This document shows, piece after piece, positions 49,607 to 62,089 of a DNA stretch of 64,000 bases (the first letter of the stretch is position 1; the number at the start of each line of letters is the position of its first letter). The translations under genes were made by a program, and so were the position numbers. Location of the stretch: assembly GCA_949358305.1 (NCBI GenBank), contig OX442314.1:27714001-27778000 (forward strand), given 5' to 3'. Origin of the DNA: Strigamia acuminata (Eukaryota). The notes beneath the pieces are model-generated. The model worked only from the letters and a program-made list of their open reading frames with translations. It was not told the origin of the DNA and searched no databases.

Positions 49607-51104
49607 CACTGCAAAAAATTTTGAATTTCCAAAAAAAAAGTCATTGGAAATTTAATGGTGAAATTGGATAAATTCCAGTTTGGAAATATAATAGAAAGGA
49701 AATGGGAAATATTTTATGAAAAGTTGAATTTCTGTAAATTTACAACACTGAAAGATGATGATGTAAGTTTTTGTTAAATGTGTGGAAAGCTAATGTAAAC
49801 TAGGTTTGGAAATTTAAATTTCTATAAATTTTCAACACTGAAACATGTAATTGTATGGAATGTTAATGTAAATTAGATTTGGAAATTTGTATTTCCATTT
49901 ATTTCACAAACCTAAAAATTAATGACTAAAGGTTTCCAGCTTGTAAAATTTATGGGTTTATCACCAGATGGCGAACATAATTCAAAACTAATTCAAAATT
50001 TATATTTATTAAATATGGGATTGGTTTTATCATTTCTACTTCAACAAATAATTAGATTATTATTGTTAGAGTTAGATAAATTAAAAAGTTGACATAAATT
50101 TTGTAGTGTAACATTTTAATTTAATTCTAGAATTTGTTACACCATCATATCAATGCCAGTTTTTATCACTGCCTTCAGTTGATTTTGCTCATTTTTTGTA
50201 TTAGGCTATGATTATAGCCTTGGTTTATGAATTCAGGATTCAAAATTATTGGATTCAAGATTTATGAATTATGAATTCAGAATTCAGAATTTATGATTCA
50301 GGAATGAATTCAGGATTCAGGATTCAGAAATGAATTCAGGATTCAGTATTTAGGATTCAGAAACAAATTCAGGATTCAGGATACAGAATTTTTATTAACC
50401 TTCCCATAGCCATGGTGGGTCAAAAAAATTACAGAAGTGGAAAAATCACTGTAATTCTTTTTTTTCTGATAATTAATTAATGAGGTTAACTTGTATTCCT
50501 CAAAAACTTTTTTTTCTTATTTTATAATGTCTAAATACAAATAGTTTTTCAATTATTATTAAGATAATTTAATATTTATAACATAAAACACCCTTAATGG
50601 GAGCGCCGTACACTGCTTTGCCATCTAATTGCACTAGGTGGCGTATTAAAATTAGTCCTAAAACATGTGCTTTTACCAGGAAAAATGCGATTGCACCAGG
50701 AAAAATGTGATTCTGCACATGCGCAGAAGCATTTTAAAAGAAGGCCGATTTGACCGACCACAGCTAGCAATGGTGGAAACTAGGCTTGGCTATGGGAAGG
50801 TTAAAAAAGAAATATCAAATTTTATATTTGGAAACTTGTTATTTACTGATGGGAAACTCATATTTTACATTTGGAAATCTTAACTTTACTGGTTGAGAAA
50901 TATGTGTTTAACTGTTTGGAAATTTAATATACGAGTATCATGCTATGAAAAGTCTTTTGGAAACGGTTGCATTCAGCGTTGGAAAGTCATTGGAAATTTG
51001 AAGTTTGTACAATTTGGAATATATAACTTTCGGGTTTGGAAATTTCGCATTTCAGTTAAATTTCCAGAATATTTTATGGACAAAAATCTAATTTTTTTTG
51101 CAGT
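49607..51104. mobile_element. CACTA/EnSpm-like non-autonomous element with a nested piggyBac-like MITE (50399-50800) and an (AGGATTC)n microsatellite
   Basis: CACTGCAAAAAA...TTTTTTTGCAGT ends with TTGGAAAT subterminal repeats; inner TTAA|CCTTCCCATAGCC...GGCTATGGGAAGG|TTAA. Confidence 0.6.
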
Positions 51105-51537
51105 AATACAGACTGTATCGATATCAGGGCCCGTGCACATATTTCCACCTGAGGCGAGCAAGGCATATACCGCCCTTTTGAACAGTAAAAAATTTGTTTT
51201 TCCTTGATGTAAAGAAATCAGATTGTGCGCCCAAAGACGCCGCCCCTGGAAATATGCTCCCTGAGGCGACCGCCTCACCGCCTCACCCTATGCACCGGCC
51301 CTGCGTGCGCTGACTGTAGTGGTAAATAATTCAAGCTTCGGGACAACAATGGCAACATAACTTTGTTTTGACAATGCTGCGAAGCCAGCCCTATCCCTCG
51401 GCCCGCCCGGACACTCATACAGACGATGCCACCCGTTTACACGTGTACAGAACCCAGAACCCCGGTTTGTTTATAATAAACATAGTCATGTCCATTGTAT
51501 CGTAAGTTCGTATTATTCAGTAGTTATAATTCACTTA

Positions 51538-52562
51538 CGAGGGGAACACCCGTATAAGATACTCACAGATTGTTGTAATAATAAACATGGAGAATTGTTG
51601 TATCATGCTGAATGAGACCCTAAAATAATTTCATTCCATAAACAGTCAACAATGCAAACAATGAGCTCGAAGTTTGCACTATTTTGTCTGTGTATGCATC
51701 CAATCTGAGCAATCAGGCCTAGTGTATGAATACTGTAAACAACAGTTGCTAGGTAAAAAGTAGTTCCAAGATCAAAGTTGAATTTTATCATTTGAGATTC
51801 AATGATGTCATTTCCTCATTTGATATCACATGACATTTGACATCAGAGCTTTGTTCACCAACATGACTGACTTCATGAAGACAACAATAGTTTGTAGTGG
51901 TGGTGCAGTGGTTAAGCAATGGACTAGGAATCTTTCCACACAGGTTCAAATCCTGCTGTCTGTGAAAATGTTTTACTTTTATTTTTTAATTTTTTGAGCA
52001 GTAATTTTAATGTTTTTAATGTTATGTTTGTTAAAAAATTAAAATTAATTAATTAAAGTTTTCTAAAAACAAACATAAAATTAAAAACATTAAAATTACT
52101 GCTCAAAAAATTAAAAAATAAAAGTAAAAAATTTTTACAGACAGCAGGATTTGAACCTGTGTGGAAAGATTCCTAGTCCATTGCTTAACCACTGCACCAC
52201 CACTACAAACTATTGTTGTCTTCATGAAGTCAGTCATGTTGGTGAACAAAGCTCTGATGTCAAATGTCATGTGATATCAAATGAGGAAATGACATCATTG
52301 AATCTCAAATGATAAAATTCAACTTTGATCTTGGAACTACTTTTTACCTAGCAACTGTTGTTTACAGTATTCATACACTAAGCCTGATTGCTCAGATTGG
52401 ATGCATACACAGACAAAATAGTGCAAACTTTGAGCTCATTGTTTGCATTGTTGACTGTTTATGGAATGAAATTATTTTAGGGTCTCATTCAGCATGATAC
52501 AACAATTCTCCATGTTTATTATTACAACAATCTGTGAGTATCTTATACGGGTGTTCCCCTCG
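51538..52562. mobile_element. ~1-kb near-perfect foldback element with 3-bp TSD (TTA), PIF/Harbinger-like; each arm has a tRNA-like segment
   Basis: Arms are near-exact reverse complements; copy B has the empty site CACTTAGCAC; another end copy lies at 56672-56767. Confidence 0.8.
51894..51963 (+). other. tRNA-like (SINE-head-like) sequence with Pol III A and B boxes; mirror copy at ~52138-52207 on the minus strand
   Basis: A-box TGGTGCAGTGG, B-box GGTTCAAATCC and T-arm ACAGG/CCTG, followed by T-runs. Acceptor and anticodon stems pair poorly, so it is not a functional tRNA. Confidence 0.55.
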
Positions 52563-52994
52563 TTAGCGCACAATAGTTTAGCTTATCTCGGTTAGATTTG
52601 TATTATTTACCTATCAAAAGGTAAAATCGTCACACTCACTCAAAAACAACCATGATAAATCATACTTTTGAAATATCAATATTTAATTACAATTTTATGA
52701 CTTTAGTTACTGTAGTTTACTGTTGCTCACAAATTGAAAACAAACATTATTTTTGAAAATTACATTTCTATATTTTGGTATAAAATTTTTTTTTCATGGA
52801 AAATTCAGTTGGAAACGAATTAATTTTCGAAGTTTTACAAGATACACATTTATGAGAAAAACAAATTAAACTAAATAAAAATTTTAATCCAAACAGACAA
52901 GTGAATTAATTTTTTTGATAATTTATGTACCATCGATTGTTAAACTACGTACAAGTTACGTACTTTCATCTTTTAAACTTGATTTGCAGACAAA

Positions 52995-55908
52995 ATGCCC
53001 GCTCCTAAAGCTTTGCGCATCCGTTGGATCCGTATCCGTACTCGCCAATTTGTGCGACAAGAATTGGAAACTTCACTGTCGGGCAAAGATAGTTTGCAAT
53101 ATATAAACAAGATTGTCGAGAACACTGGAATAGTCCGTGCAGTTTGGTTGGTTGGTTGGTTGGTCTGTTTCAGCATTTGCGGTTATCAAACTTGGGAAAG
53201 ATTACAATTCTACATGTCTGGACCCTTCAAAGTTGAAATTGATTTTGTTCCAATAGAAGAAAGTAGATTCTCTGAAACTAGATTAATGGCCCTTGATACT
53301 CCTCTGATGTCGGAGTACTGGGACAAAATACCAGAAGGTAATTCAATTGATGATGTAAAAGAGATAATGAGAGCTTGCAGGGCCCCAGTGAGAGGAATCA
53401 TTTCGAAGAAAGTCAAAGTTACAAATTACACACACTTGTGGGAACATTCCAACATTTCAGAAAATATGCAGCACTTTAAGGTCAGACAGGTAAGTAACCT
53501 TGGATAAGTAAAAGAGCCATATTAAAAAATATTCTTGTCAGTATTTTACTAATAACTATTATTTTAGGGAAAAACTGTATTGCTTGAGACCAAGATGAGA
53601 AGTGGCAATTACACAAACCAGGAGACAACAGTTGAATTAAAATACAAGAATTCTGTTTTCGGCAGTACACTGATTATGAAAACAAGTAAAATTCATATAA
53701 TCATATTTTCCATTTATTATATACCTTAATCTTTTTGGCTGTATTTTTTTATTTTTTTATTTATTTAAGATTTACTACCGGTTCAAAAGAGAAAATTGCA
53801 TATCCTTTTTAAAAAAAATGGAACCTGTGACGAACCAGTGGTTGCAGTCAGTTCACTTTGTCAAATTGGGGATTCGTAATACGTGGAATATTTTTACGCG
53901 CGATAATACCAATCACACCTAAGAATGGTGTTGCATAGTGCAAATATTCGTACCTGCGACGCGTACAAATTACGTAGGCATGTGTGCGCGCAATTAGCGG
54001 ACGTACAAATCGGCCGAAAATGTCGGCGCCGACTCAAAGTCGCTTTGCTTGCGATGTTGGCACTGACTGCTACCAATCATGCACTGACCGCTCCACACTG
54101 GGGTGCGGTGTGCCTACTGGCACCCCGCAACGGGTGACGGGATTCTCCATTCAAGTTACCTTGCCCCTAGACAACACATATTAAAGGCCAGCAACCAATA
54201 ATAAGGAGTCTTTGTCATTTATTCGTGAGTATGCGTTCCACACCAGGATAACCAGTCCCAGGGTTACCTTGGCGAAGACCATACCAATCACAATACTTAC
54301 GATGTGCACATGTGCGACGTCGCGCATGAACACACTTACAAAACTTGTTGTCGTGGTGTATGCATGCAAACATTATCGCAACGTCGCGAATAAGAATATC
54401 GCATGTATGATAGAGGCCCGTCAAATTGTTTCTCCTTCAAGGGAGTAGCATATTTTGTTCAATCCTGATCATATAAATTGTTCACACTACCGGTAACCTG
54501 ATTTAGCATGGCTATCCGAATATACCATGAACAGTTTATGCGACTGGGATTGTACAATTGCGGCCATAACAATTGTTCATTGCACTTCCACCGTTTAATA
54601 CTAGGTATCTCTGAAGGATGGTGTCATGCCCTATCGTTACACTTTGCCAGTGCAGATGGGAATTGAAACTGAATATCAGTTTATTTTGCGCAAAGTGAGT
54701 TAATTGCTTGTTTCTTTAGTTCTTGCAATTTAATCAATGATGCAGCAAGATTTCAGATATCTTGTGACAGTTATTAATGTCGATATATTTAACAAAAATA
54801 GTGATATGGTATTTCTTTTCTGCAAGTATCAATTTTTGCCTTCAAGAAACCCCTACTGTGAGCCCAGCCTGATAAAGCAAACCCAATGTTATGAAAACTG
54901 TGTGTCAAAACAAACTCTAAAAAAACATCCACAATGCAGGTCTGTAAACTTAGTTCACTGAAACAACTGATAATGCTGATACTGTAGATTGTTTACTTAG
55001 GTTGCCTTACATGGCTGACAAAAATCTGCCAGACTGCAGTTTAGAAGCAAACAAATCAATTGTGTTGAAAGTGTATGACGACTCCTACCATCCCGAAACA
55101 TCCACACTGGCAACAATTGAATGTGGTTGCCTAAGACCTTGTCAAGCGAGTGTTTATACCCTAATAGTGAAGACCGATACTAGTTAAGTCAAACGATATC
55201 ATTTTTAGGTGTAATTATAACAAAATTATTCATCTTTTACTGTTAGATTTTGAAGATGAACCCAGTAGTAAAGATTTAGCAAGTATAAATCTTAAAGTGA
55301 TGGAAGAAACATTTGTCAGAATGACAGAAATCTACATTTACAAAATTTCTAATTTGGTGATCGATTTGGGTGGTAATCTAGGATTTTCTTTGGGATATTC
55401 GCTCCTCTCTATAATCGAAATTGTACAATTTGTTTCGCTTTTGTGCTACAATAAGTATATTAGACCTGTTCGACTACAAGCTCACATAAAAGTGAAAGTC
55501 ATTAATCAAATTAGAAAGTCAAATTTGAAGATAAAGAAGGAAACTTTGCCTCAAGCCTCACCAATGCTACAATGCACGTTTTTCATTCTCATTTTTATTT
55601 GTGCTTTCTTAGCAATTTATGTGAGCAAAGAAAAAATTACATTATATCTGAGTGAACCAACAAGATATGTGGTAAATATTCAAGAAAATGACACATTATA
55701 TATGCCCAACGTTATTGCATGTATGGATGGACCCTTAACAACACGCTATAGGAACCAATATGCCAAAATTACAGGCATTCCAGAATGCAAAATTCACTTT
55801 GTTGATTTAATGAATACAACTATCAAAGGGAAAAAACCGTCACTGGAAGATGTATGGCGCTATCAAACACCTATAATGGATACTGTTACCATGGAGATTG
55901 CAGCAAGT
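52995..55908 (+). CDS. DEG/ENaC double-subunit channel gene, copy C; exons 1-7 only (rest lost at or beyond the assembly gap)
   Basis: Exons 52995-53489, 53568-53685, 53770-53846, 54605-54694, 54827-54939, 55001-55182 and 55247-55908 are in frame and include the TM2-to-TM1 junction. Exons 8-12 were not found after the gap. Confidence 0.8.
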
Positions 55909-56471
55909 GTAAGTGTTTGGTCTGATGTCCAAAAGTGTAAAAGAACAGTAATCGTTGTCTTTATGTTTCATCCGTGGGATGGGATGACATTAAATCCTGG
56001 TTCTTAACTTTTGTAGCAGTTGGCAACCCTTGACTTTTGCAGTCTCTGCTCACAGCTCACCAAAGAAAAATATTTTTGAACTAAGTTTTTACTGGTGTTA
56101 CTTAACCACTTCTGAAGTAGCTTTGTACCTCCAGAATATCTATCTTGCACCCCCAAGTGGTTGTAACAATTCTACTTTTGGCTGAATATATTAGCCGTTA
56201 AACCTAACCTACAAGTATACGAGATAGACTAAGACTGTGCACTAAGTGAATAACAGAATAATACGAACTTACAATCTACAGGTAACGTGATTATGTTTAT
56301 TACAAAGTACAACTGGGTTCAGGGCACGTGTAAACGGGCAGCATCGTCTGGTTGAGGATCCGGGCGGGCCAAGGAATAGGGCTGGCTTCGCGGCATCGTC
56401 ACAATAACATTACGTGGCTGGAGTGTCCTACTCCATAGGTCAACCTTGACCAATTGTATCGTTTTGGCGCT

Positions 56472-56671
56472 NNNNNNNNNNNNNNNNNNNNNNNNNNNNN
56501 NNNNNNNNNNNNNNNNNNNNNNNNNNNNNNNNNNNNNNNNNNNNNNNNNNNNNNNNNNNNNNNNNNNNNNNNNNNNNNNNNNNNNNNNNNNNNNNNNNNN
56601 NNNNNNNNNNNNNNNNNNNNNNNNNNNNNNNNNNNNNNNNNNNNNNNNNNNNNNNNNNNNNNNNNNNNNNN
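56472..56671. other. Assembly/scaffold gap (200 N)
   Basis: Run of exactly 200 N. Confidence 0.99.
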
Positions 56672-57249
56672 TGAAATTACTTTAGGGTCTCATTCAGCAT
56701 GATATAACAATCCTTCTTGTTTAATATGACAACAATCTGTGAGTGTGTTATTCATGTGCTCCCCTTGTGAGTTACAAAGCTGAGTAGACCAATGTTTCAA
56801 ACCTTTTTTTCTCAAAACTTTTCAGTAAGAGATAATTTTTTTAAGAACAGTTCTAGACTAATTAGATGGTTCTCTACAACTTTGCAATTGACATTTTTTG
56901 TGTAGCATTGTTGGTTTAAAAGTTACGAGTTGCAAAACAGTGATGCAACAATGTCACATGAATTTAACATGTTTCATTGAATTCGTCACATGTCAGTTCC
57001 TTCAATTCATAATCAAAAGTTTTTTTGAATTAACATGATTATGAAATAATTCACCTGGTAGGTGTTCGGCGAGACACCCTGTATAACAATTATCCAAATG
57101 GTCAAATTAAATCTTAAAAGTTATCCAATTCTCAAAAGCCATGTTCTATTCCGCACGTCCCAGTCCCAGACCCAGTCCCAGCTTGTGGTCCCAATTCTGC
57201 GCCAAGTGATAGAATTGCATGTGCACCAAATTTGTGCAGACCCAATCTA

Positions 57250-58003
57250 CAGGGTGAACAAAAAGTCTATCACTATAGTAAATATTTCTGAAAGTGCTGA
57301 CAATTCATCTGATCTAATGATGGTAAAGTATCAAAGTTGAGTGGAGCAATCTTTTGGTGATCTGAAATTTGACCTTGGGATGTTCCTTCAAGGTCATTGG
57401 GAAATTATCTCGGAAACCGTTAGAGATAGACAGAAATTTCCAATTGTAAACTTGTAGAGCAACATTAGTTTAGTCTAAAAATGACTAATTCTCAAAACTT
57501 TTGTACTAAAAAATTTTAAGAAAATCGCAATTGAGAAGTAGTTTTGAAAAGAAAAAGTCATAAAAAAATTCAGTTTTCTGCCCATATCTCTGCAACGGTG
57601 CCAGATATACAAATTCTGACCAGGAGAATCGATTTTTTGGGTCATTTTACATCTAATCAGCACGTTTTTGGCACTTTTTCAATTTTGGCCATGTTATCCT
57701 TTGACTTGTGTCTACTTTTTCAATTGCGATTTTCTTAAAAATTTTAGTACAAAAGATTTGAGAATTAGTCATTTTTAGACTAAACTAATGTTGCTCTACA
57801 AGTTTACAATTGGAAATTTCTGTCTATCTCTAACGGTTTCCGAGATAATTTCCCAATGACCTTAAAGGAACATCCCAAGGTCAAATTTCGAGTCACCAAA
57901 AGATTGCCCCACCCAACTTTAATACTTTACCATCATTAGATCAGATGAATTGTCAGCACTTTCAGAAATATTTACTATAGTGATAGACTTTTTGTTCACC
58001 CTG
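57250..58003. mobile_element. Palindromic Tc1/mariner (rosa-related) MITE
   Basis: TA|CAGGGTGAACAAAAAGTC...GACTTTTTGTTCACCCTG|TA with long TIRs. Confidence 0.85.
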
Positions 58004-58157
58004 TATAACGTAGTATATCTTATTTAATATCAAAAATAAATACCGATGACGCCGAATTGAAACGACGCAGAATAGGGACTGCGCAAAATAGTGATGCTTA
58101 GGCGCCGAAATGGAACGTGCTGAATCGGTGCTAGCAGGTGCAGCACGACGCACTTAC

Positions 58158-58881
58158 CCACAGTTTTTGCCAATTGCTCTAAAAACAAAAAATGAAAGAT
58201 GTTTTGTTAATCACTGAAACACACATTAAGTCTATAGTTTGAATTGAATAACTTACTGGTTTCTGCTGTCAAAGCAGCTAATTTGTTTTCAATTTCCTTG
58301 GTTTTGGCAGATTGTTGAATTTGTTGTTGAGTTTGTTGTTCAGTTTGTCGGTCTGTAACAATTATCCAAATGGTCAAATTAAATCCCACAATTTATCCAA
58401 TTCTCTACACAATATATGTATAAATTTTACCTTTGCTTTTAGCATAATCTTCCTCAAATTTCTTTCTTTCCATTTTATGGCCATCTAAGAATAATTTAAA
58501 TAGCACAATTAAAGTGATGAGAAATAGATAAGTAGGCAACATTTTTCCAAAAGTTTCTCCAGCTCCTTTTGTTCATTCGTCAGATGATCCATCTTGACTT
58601 TGAACAAATTCTTGCTTTCATCTAAAACAAAGTGATCAACTTGGTTTGAAGCCAAATTCTTTACCAACTACTCCAAACCCAGACATCGTTCCATCAATTC
58701 ACTTTCTTTACTTTTCTTTACTTTCTTTACTTGCATGAATTAATTTCCAATTCTTGGCATCAATTTAATAATTTCCATTAAAATCATCGTTACAAAAACG
58801 CGAGAAGAGAAAACATAATAAATTTACCGAGACGTTTCTCCACGGCATCAATTCTTTCTTCTAACTTCTTTTTGCCATTAA
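58158..58881 (-). CDS. Internal exons of an unidentified coiled-coil protein gene (partial)
   Basis: AG/GT-bounded exons 58881-58828, 58621-58541, 58484-58431, 58352-58257 and 58178-58158 splice into an open heptad-like frame NGKKKLEERIDAVEKRLDESKNLFKVKMDHLTNEQKELEKLLEK...EIENKLAALTAETKQLAKTV. Confidence 0.6.
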
Positions 58882-59120
58882 CTGAAACAAAATGTCAAAT
58901 TTAGTTTGTTACATGATATACAGATAAATATTACAGAAGTAAAGAAACTTTCAGTAATATCAGAGTATTTAATTTTAATCTAAGATGACATGATGGTCAA
59001 CATTAGTTGAAACTTATATTGCGTATTGTATGTTATTTAAAAATCATTTATTATAGTAGGAGTTATTTCTACGATATAACGGCAAATCTAATTCAATACC
59101 ATCAAAATACCTATGTTATA

Positions 59121-59875
59121 CAGGGTGTTTCGTTTAAGATGCCCAGTCAATTTCCAGAATAATTATATGCATTTTTAAAAAACCAAGCAGACTATCCTAT
59201 AGAAAAGTAGGGATGACGAATCCAATGGTGTAATCAAATTTTATGCCAGACATGTAACAATGCACTTTTCATTCGCTAACTCGTTAACTGGTTGAGATAG
59301 AGCAAAATTTCCAATTACAAAGTTGTAGAGCATCATCAAATTAGTACTATCCAACTTATCTTAGTCTTCTTAAGTTAAATTTTCTCATTTTAAAATGAAA
59401 ACAAATCAGCTGAAATAAAGCCAGCCATTGTGGCAAAAATTAAATTTCTACTACAAAAGTACTGAATTTCTTCAATAACTGTATTCAAATTTGCATTATT
59501 ATGCAAGTAAACAAGAAAAACCACTGTATTTTTTTATGCCTAAATTATTTTATTTTCTAAGAATAAAAATTTTCAATTTGCTGATTTGTTTTTCTTTTTT
59601 TTTTTTAAAAAAAACAGTTAACTTAAGGTGACTAAGATCAGTTGGATAGTACTAATTTTATGATTTTCTACAACTTTGTAATTTGAAATTTTGCTCTATA
59701 TCCACCAGCTAACGAGTTAGCAAATGAAAAGTGCATTGTTGCATGTCTGGCATGAAATTTGATTACACCATTGGATTCGGCATCCATACTTTGCTATAGG
59801 ATAGTCTGCTTGGTTTTTTAAAAAAGCATGTACTTATTCTGAAAATTGACTGGGCATTTTAAACGAAACACCCTG
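59121..59875. mobile_element. Tc1/mariner (rosa-related) MITE; a partial relative lies in a FAH intron at ~7351-7680
   Basis: TA|CAGGGTGTTTCG...CGAAACACCCTG|TA. Confidence 0.85.
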
Positions 59876-60043
59876 TATACAATTAGTTGCAACTGGATAT
59901 GCTGGAGATATCAATGTTTCATTCTCGAAATCAAATAAAAATTTATTTAGTTTGAACCCATTATCACAACACCATACCACATACCATACCATTATCACAT
60001 CTTCGATACATAACAACCGATCTCCATACTGTATGGTGATATA

Positions 60044-60808
60044 CAGGGTGGTCAGAAAGTCTGGTTCTATGTAAATAATTCCCAAACTGTTCTAGATGTT
60101 GATTCAGCAAAATTATTATAAGGGTAGTATGTCGGAGGAAATCCAATTATGACATCCAACATGACCTCAGAGGTCATCTTCAAGGTCATCCATATTGTAA
60201 CTCGAGAACCGTGACAGATAGAGAGAAAAAGTGAATTAGAAAGTTGTAGAGCATCATCTAATTAGTCTAGAACTGTTCTTAAAAAAATTATCTCTTACCG
60301 AAAAGTTTTGAGAAAAAAAGGTTTGAAATGTTAGTCTACTCAGCTTTGTAACCTAAAACAATCATGTTGGAATGTATTTCTAAAATAAATTATTTCTTTT
60401 CTTTTGTGTTTCCTCTTTTCCACTTACAAGTATGACCAAATAAAGTGTCCTAATTGAGGATTAGCTTGGTTGCCTCTATAGTTTTAGGTTACAAAGCTGA
60501 GTTACAATGCTGAGTAGACTAATGTTTCAGACCTTTTTTCTCAAAACTTTTCAGTAAGAAATAATTTTTTTAAGAACGGTTCTAGACTAATTGGATGATG
60601 CTCTACAACTTTCTAATTCACCTTTTCTCTCTATCTGTCACGGTTCTCGAGTTACAATATGGATAACCTTGAAGATGACCTCTGAGGTCAAATTAGATGT
60701 CATAATTGGATTTCCTCCTACATACTACCCTTACAATAATCTTGCTGAATCAACATCTAGAACAGTTTGGGAATTATTTACATAGAACCAGACTTTCTGA
60801 CCACCCTG
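60044..60808. mobile_element. Tc1/mariner (rosa-related) MITE
   Basis: TA|CAGGGTGGTCAG...CTGACCACCCTG|TA; core nearly the same as 34635-35405. Confidence 0.85.
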
Positions 60809-60955
60809 TATAATTAACGCTAATGTCATATTTCTTATCTCCTAATTCTTGAATGGTGGATTGTCTACACCAATTGGACATGTCAAGGTCCTTAAAGTGA
60901 CTTGATCCACCGTCATCCAGCAATAAATTCATAATAGAATTTGACCGATACTCAT

Positions 60956-61770
60956 TAGGGGGTTTCATTATATGAATGATTTTTCAATTTTGTGATTTTG
61001 CATTAATCACAAAATCATTATTTTTTGATGCCTCCAAAAATGGGATTACATTGAATTAACCCAGTCAATTTTGCAATTGTGTGATCTGGACAACTTTGTG
61101 ATTTTTGAGTATTGTCATGTGATATCTGTTCTCCCAATCACATTCACATTCACTAAAGTACAAGAGAGTGAAAACACAAAATCCCAAAATCATCTAAAAG
61201 GTAGTTTTTGTGATTTTGATGAGAAGTGATTTTGAGGCTTGTGAAAGTCAAAACAAAATGGAGGCATCCAAGCTCTATCTAAGTGGCCAACTTGTATCCT
61301 TGTATATCATCAATATGCTGATGCATCCATGACTGTATAACAGCTAGGAAACTCAATTAATGGCTCTGGTACAATCTGTGAAACTTATATTTATTAAAAT
61401 GCACCTTATTAAAAAAAATTTTGTTCCATCACACAAATAGAACTAGTTATTTTGCATCACATTTTAAAATTGGTTGGGTATAACTAAAACCCAATATGGT
61501 GGATAGGAAGTCATGTGACTATTTAAATAATTGTTTTTGCACCTAATTGTTAATCACAATTTGTGATGGCCACTTGGATTGAGCTTGGCTGCTGTCATTT
61601 TGTCAAAATAGCAAAACTACCTTTGATTTTGTGTTTTGTGTATTTTTTCTGTTTTGTGTTTTTGCAATTATGCACATGATTGGTGGAACTGATACCATGT
61701 GACAAATCCAAAAGTGCAAAATTGCTAAAGTTGCAAAATTACAAAATTGTTTAATTAATGAAACCCCCTA
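60956..61770. mobile_element. MITE with TAGGGGGTTTCATTA termini
   Basis: Terminal inverted repeat TAGGGGGTTTCATTA...TAATGAAACCCCCTA with internal TTTTGTG/CACAAAA mirrored repeats. Confidence 0.6.
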
Positions 61771-62089
61771 TTGTTGTATGAAAAATATTGATAAGCATGT
61801 GATGGTAAGCGACATTTTTATCTTTTACTTGACCTCTCTCACACATAGTCACAAGCCACATATGCTCAGCAGATGTGACATACTTGTCCCTATTTTTTAA
61901 CATTGTTCTCCTCGAGCATTTTTATTGGTTGACATGACTAAGGAAAGGAAAGGGATTAAAATCTTGACCTATTTTTCTACCTACTTTGAAATTTCAACAG
62001 GAAACTGCAGCAATTGTTTATTACCACAGGTAAAATTTTAATATTTCTTTAAAATATTCTACATCATTATGTTTTTCAACTTTATGATG

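Noticed and set aside
51894..51963. Functional tRNA gene
   Set aside because: Acceptor and anticodon stems pair poorly and it lies within a transposon arm; kept only as tRNA-like.
51603..52497. Near-identical 62-aa ORFs on opposite strands
   Set aside because: A consequence of the palindrome, not evidence of coding.
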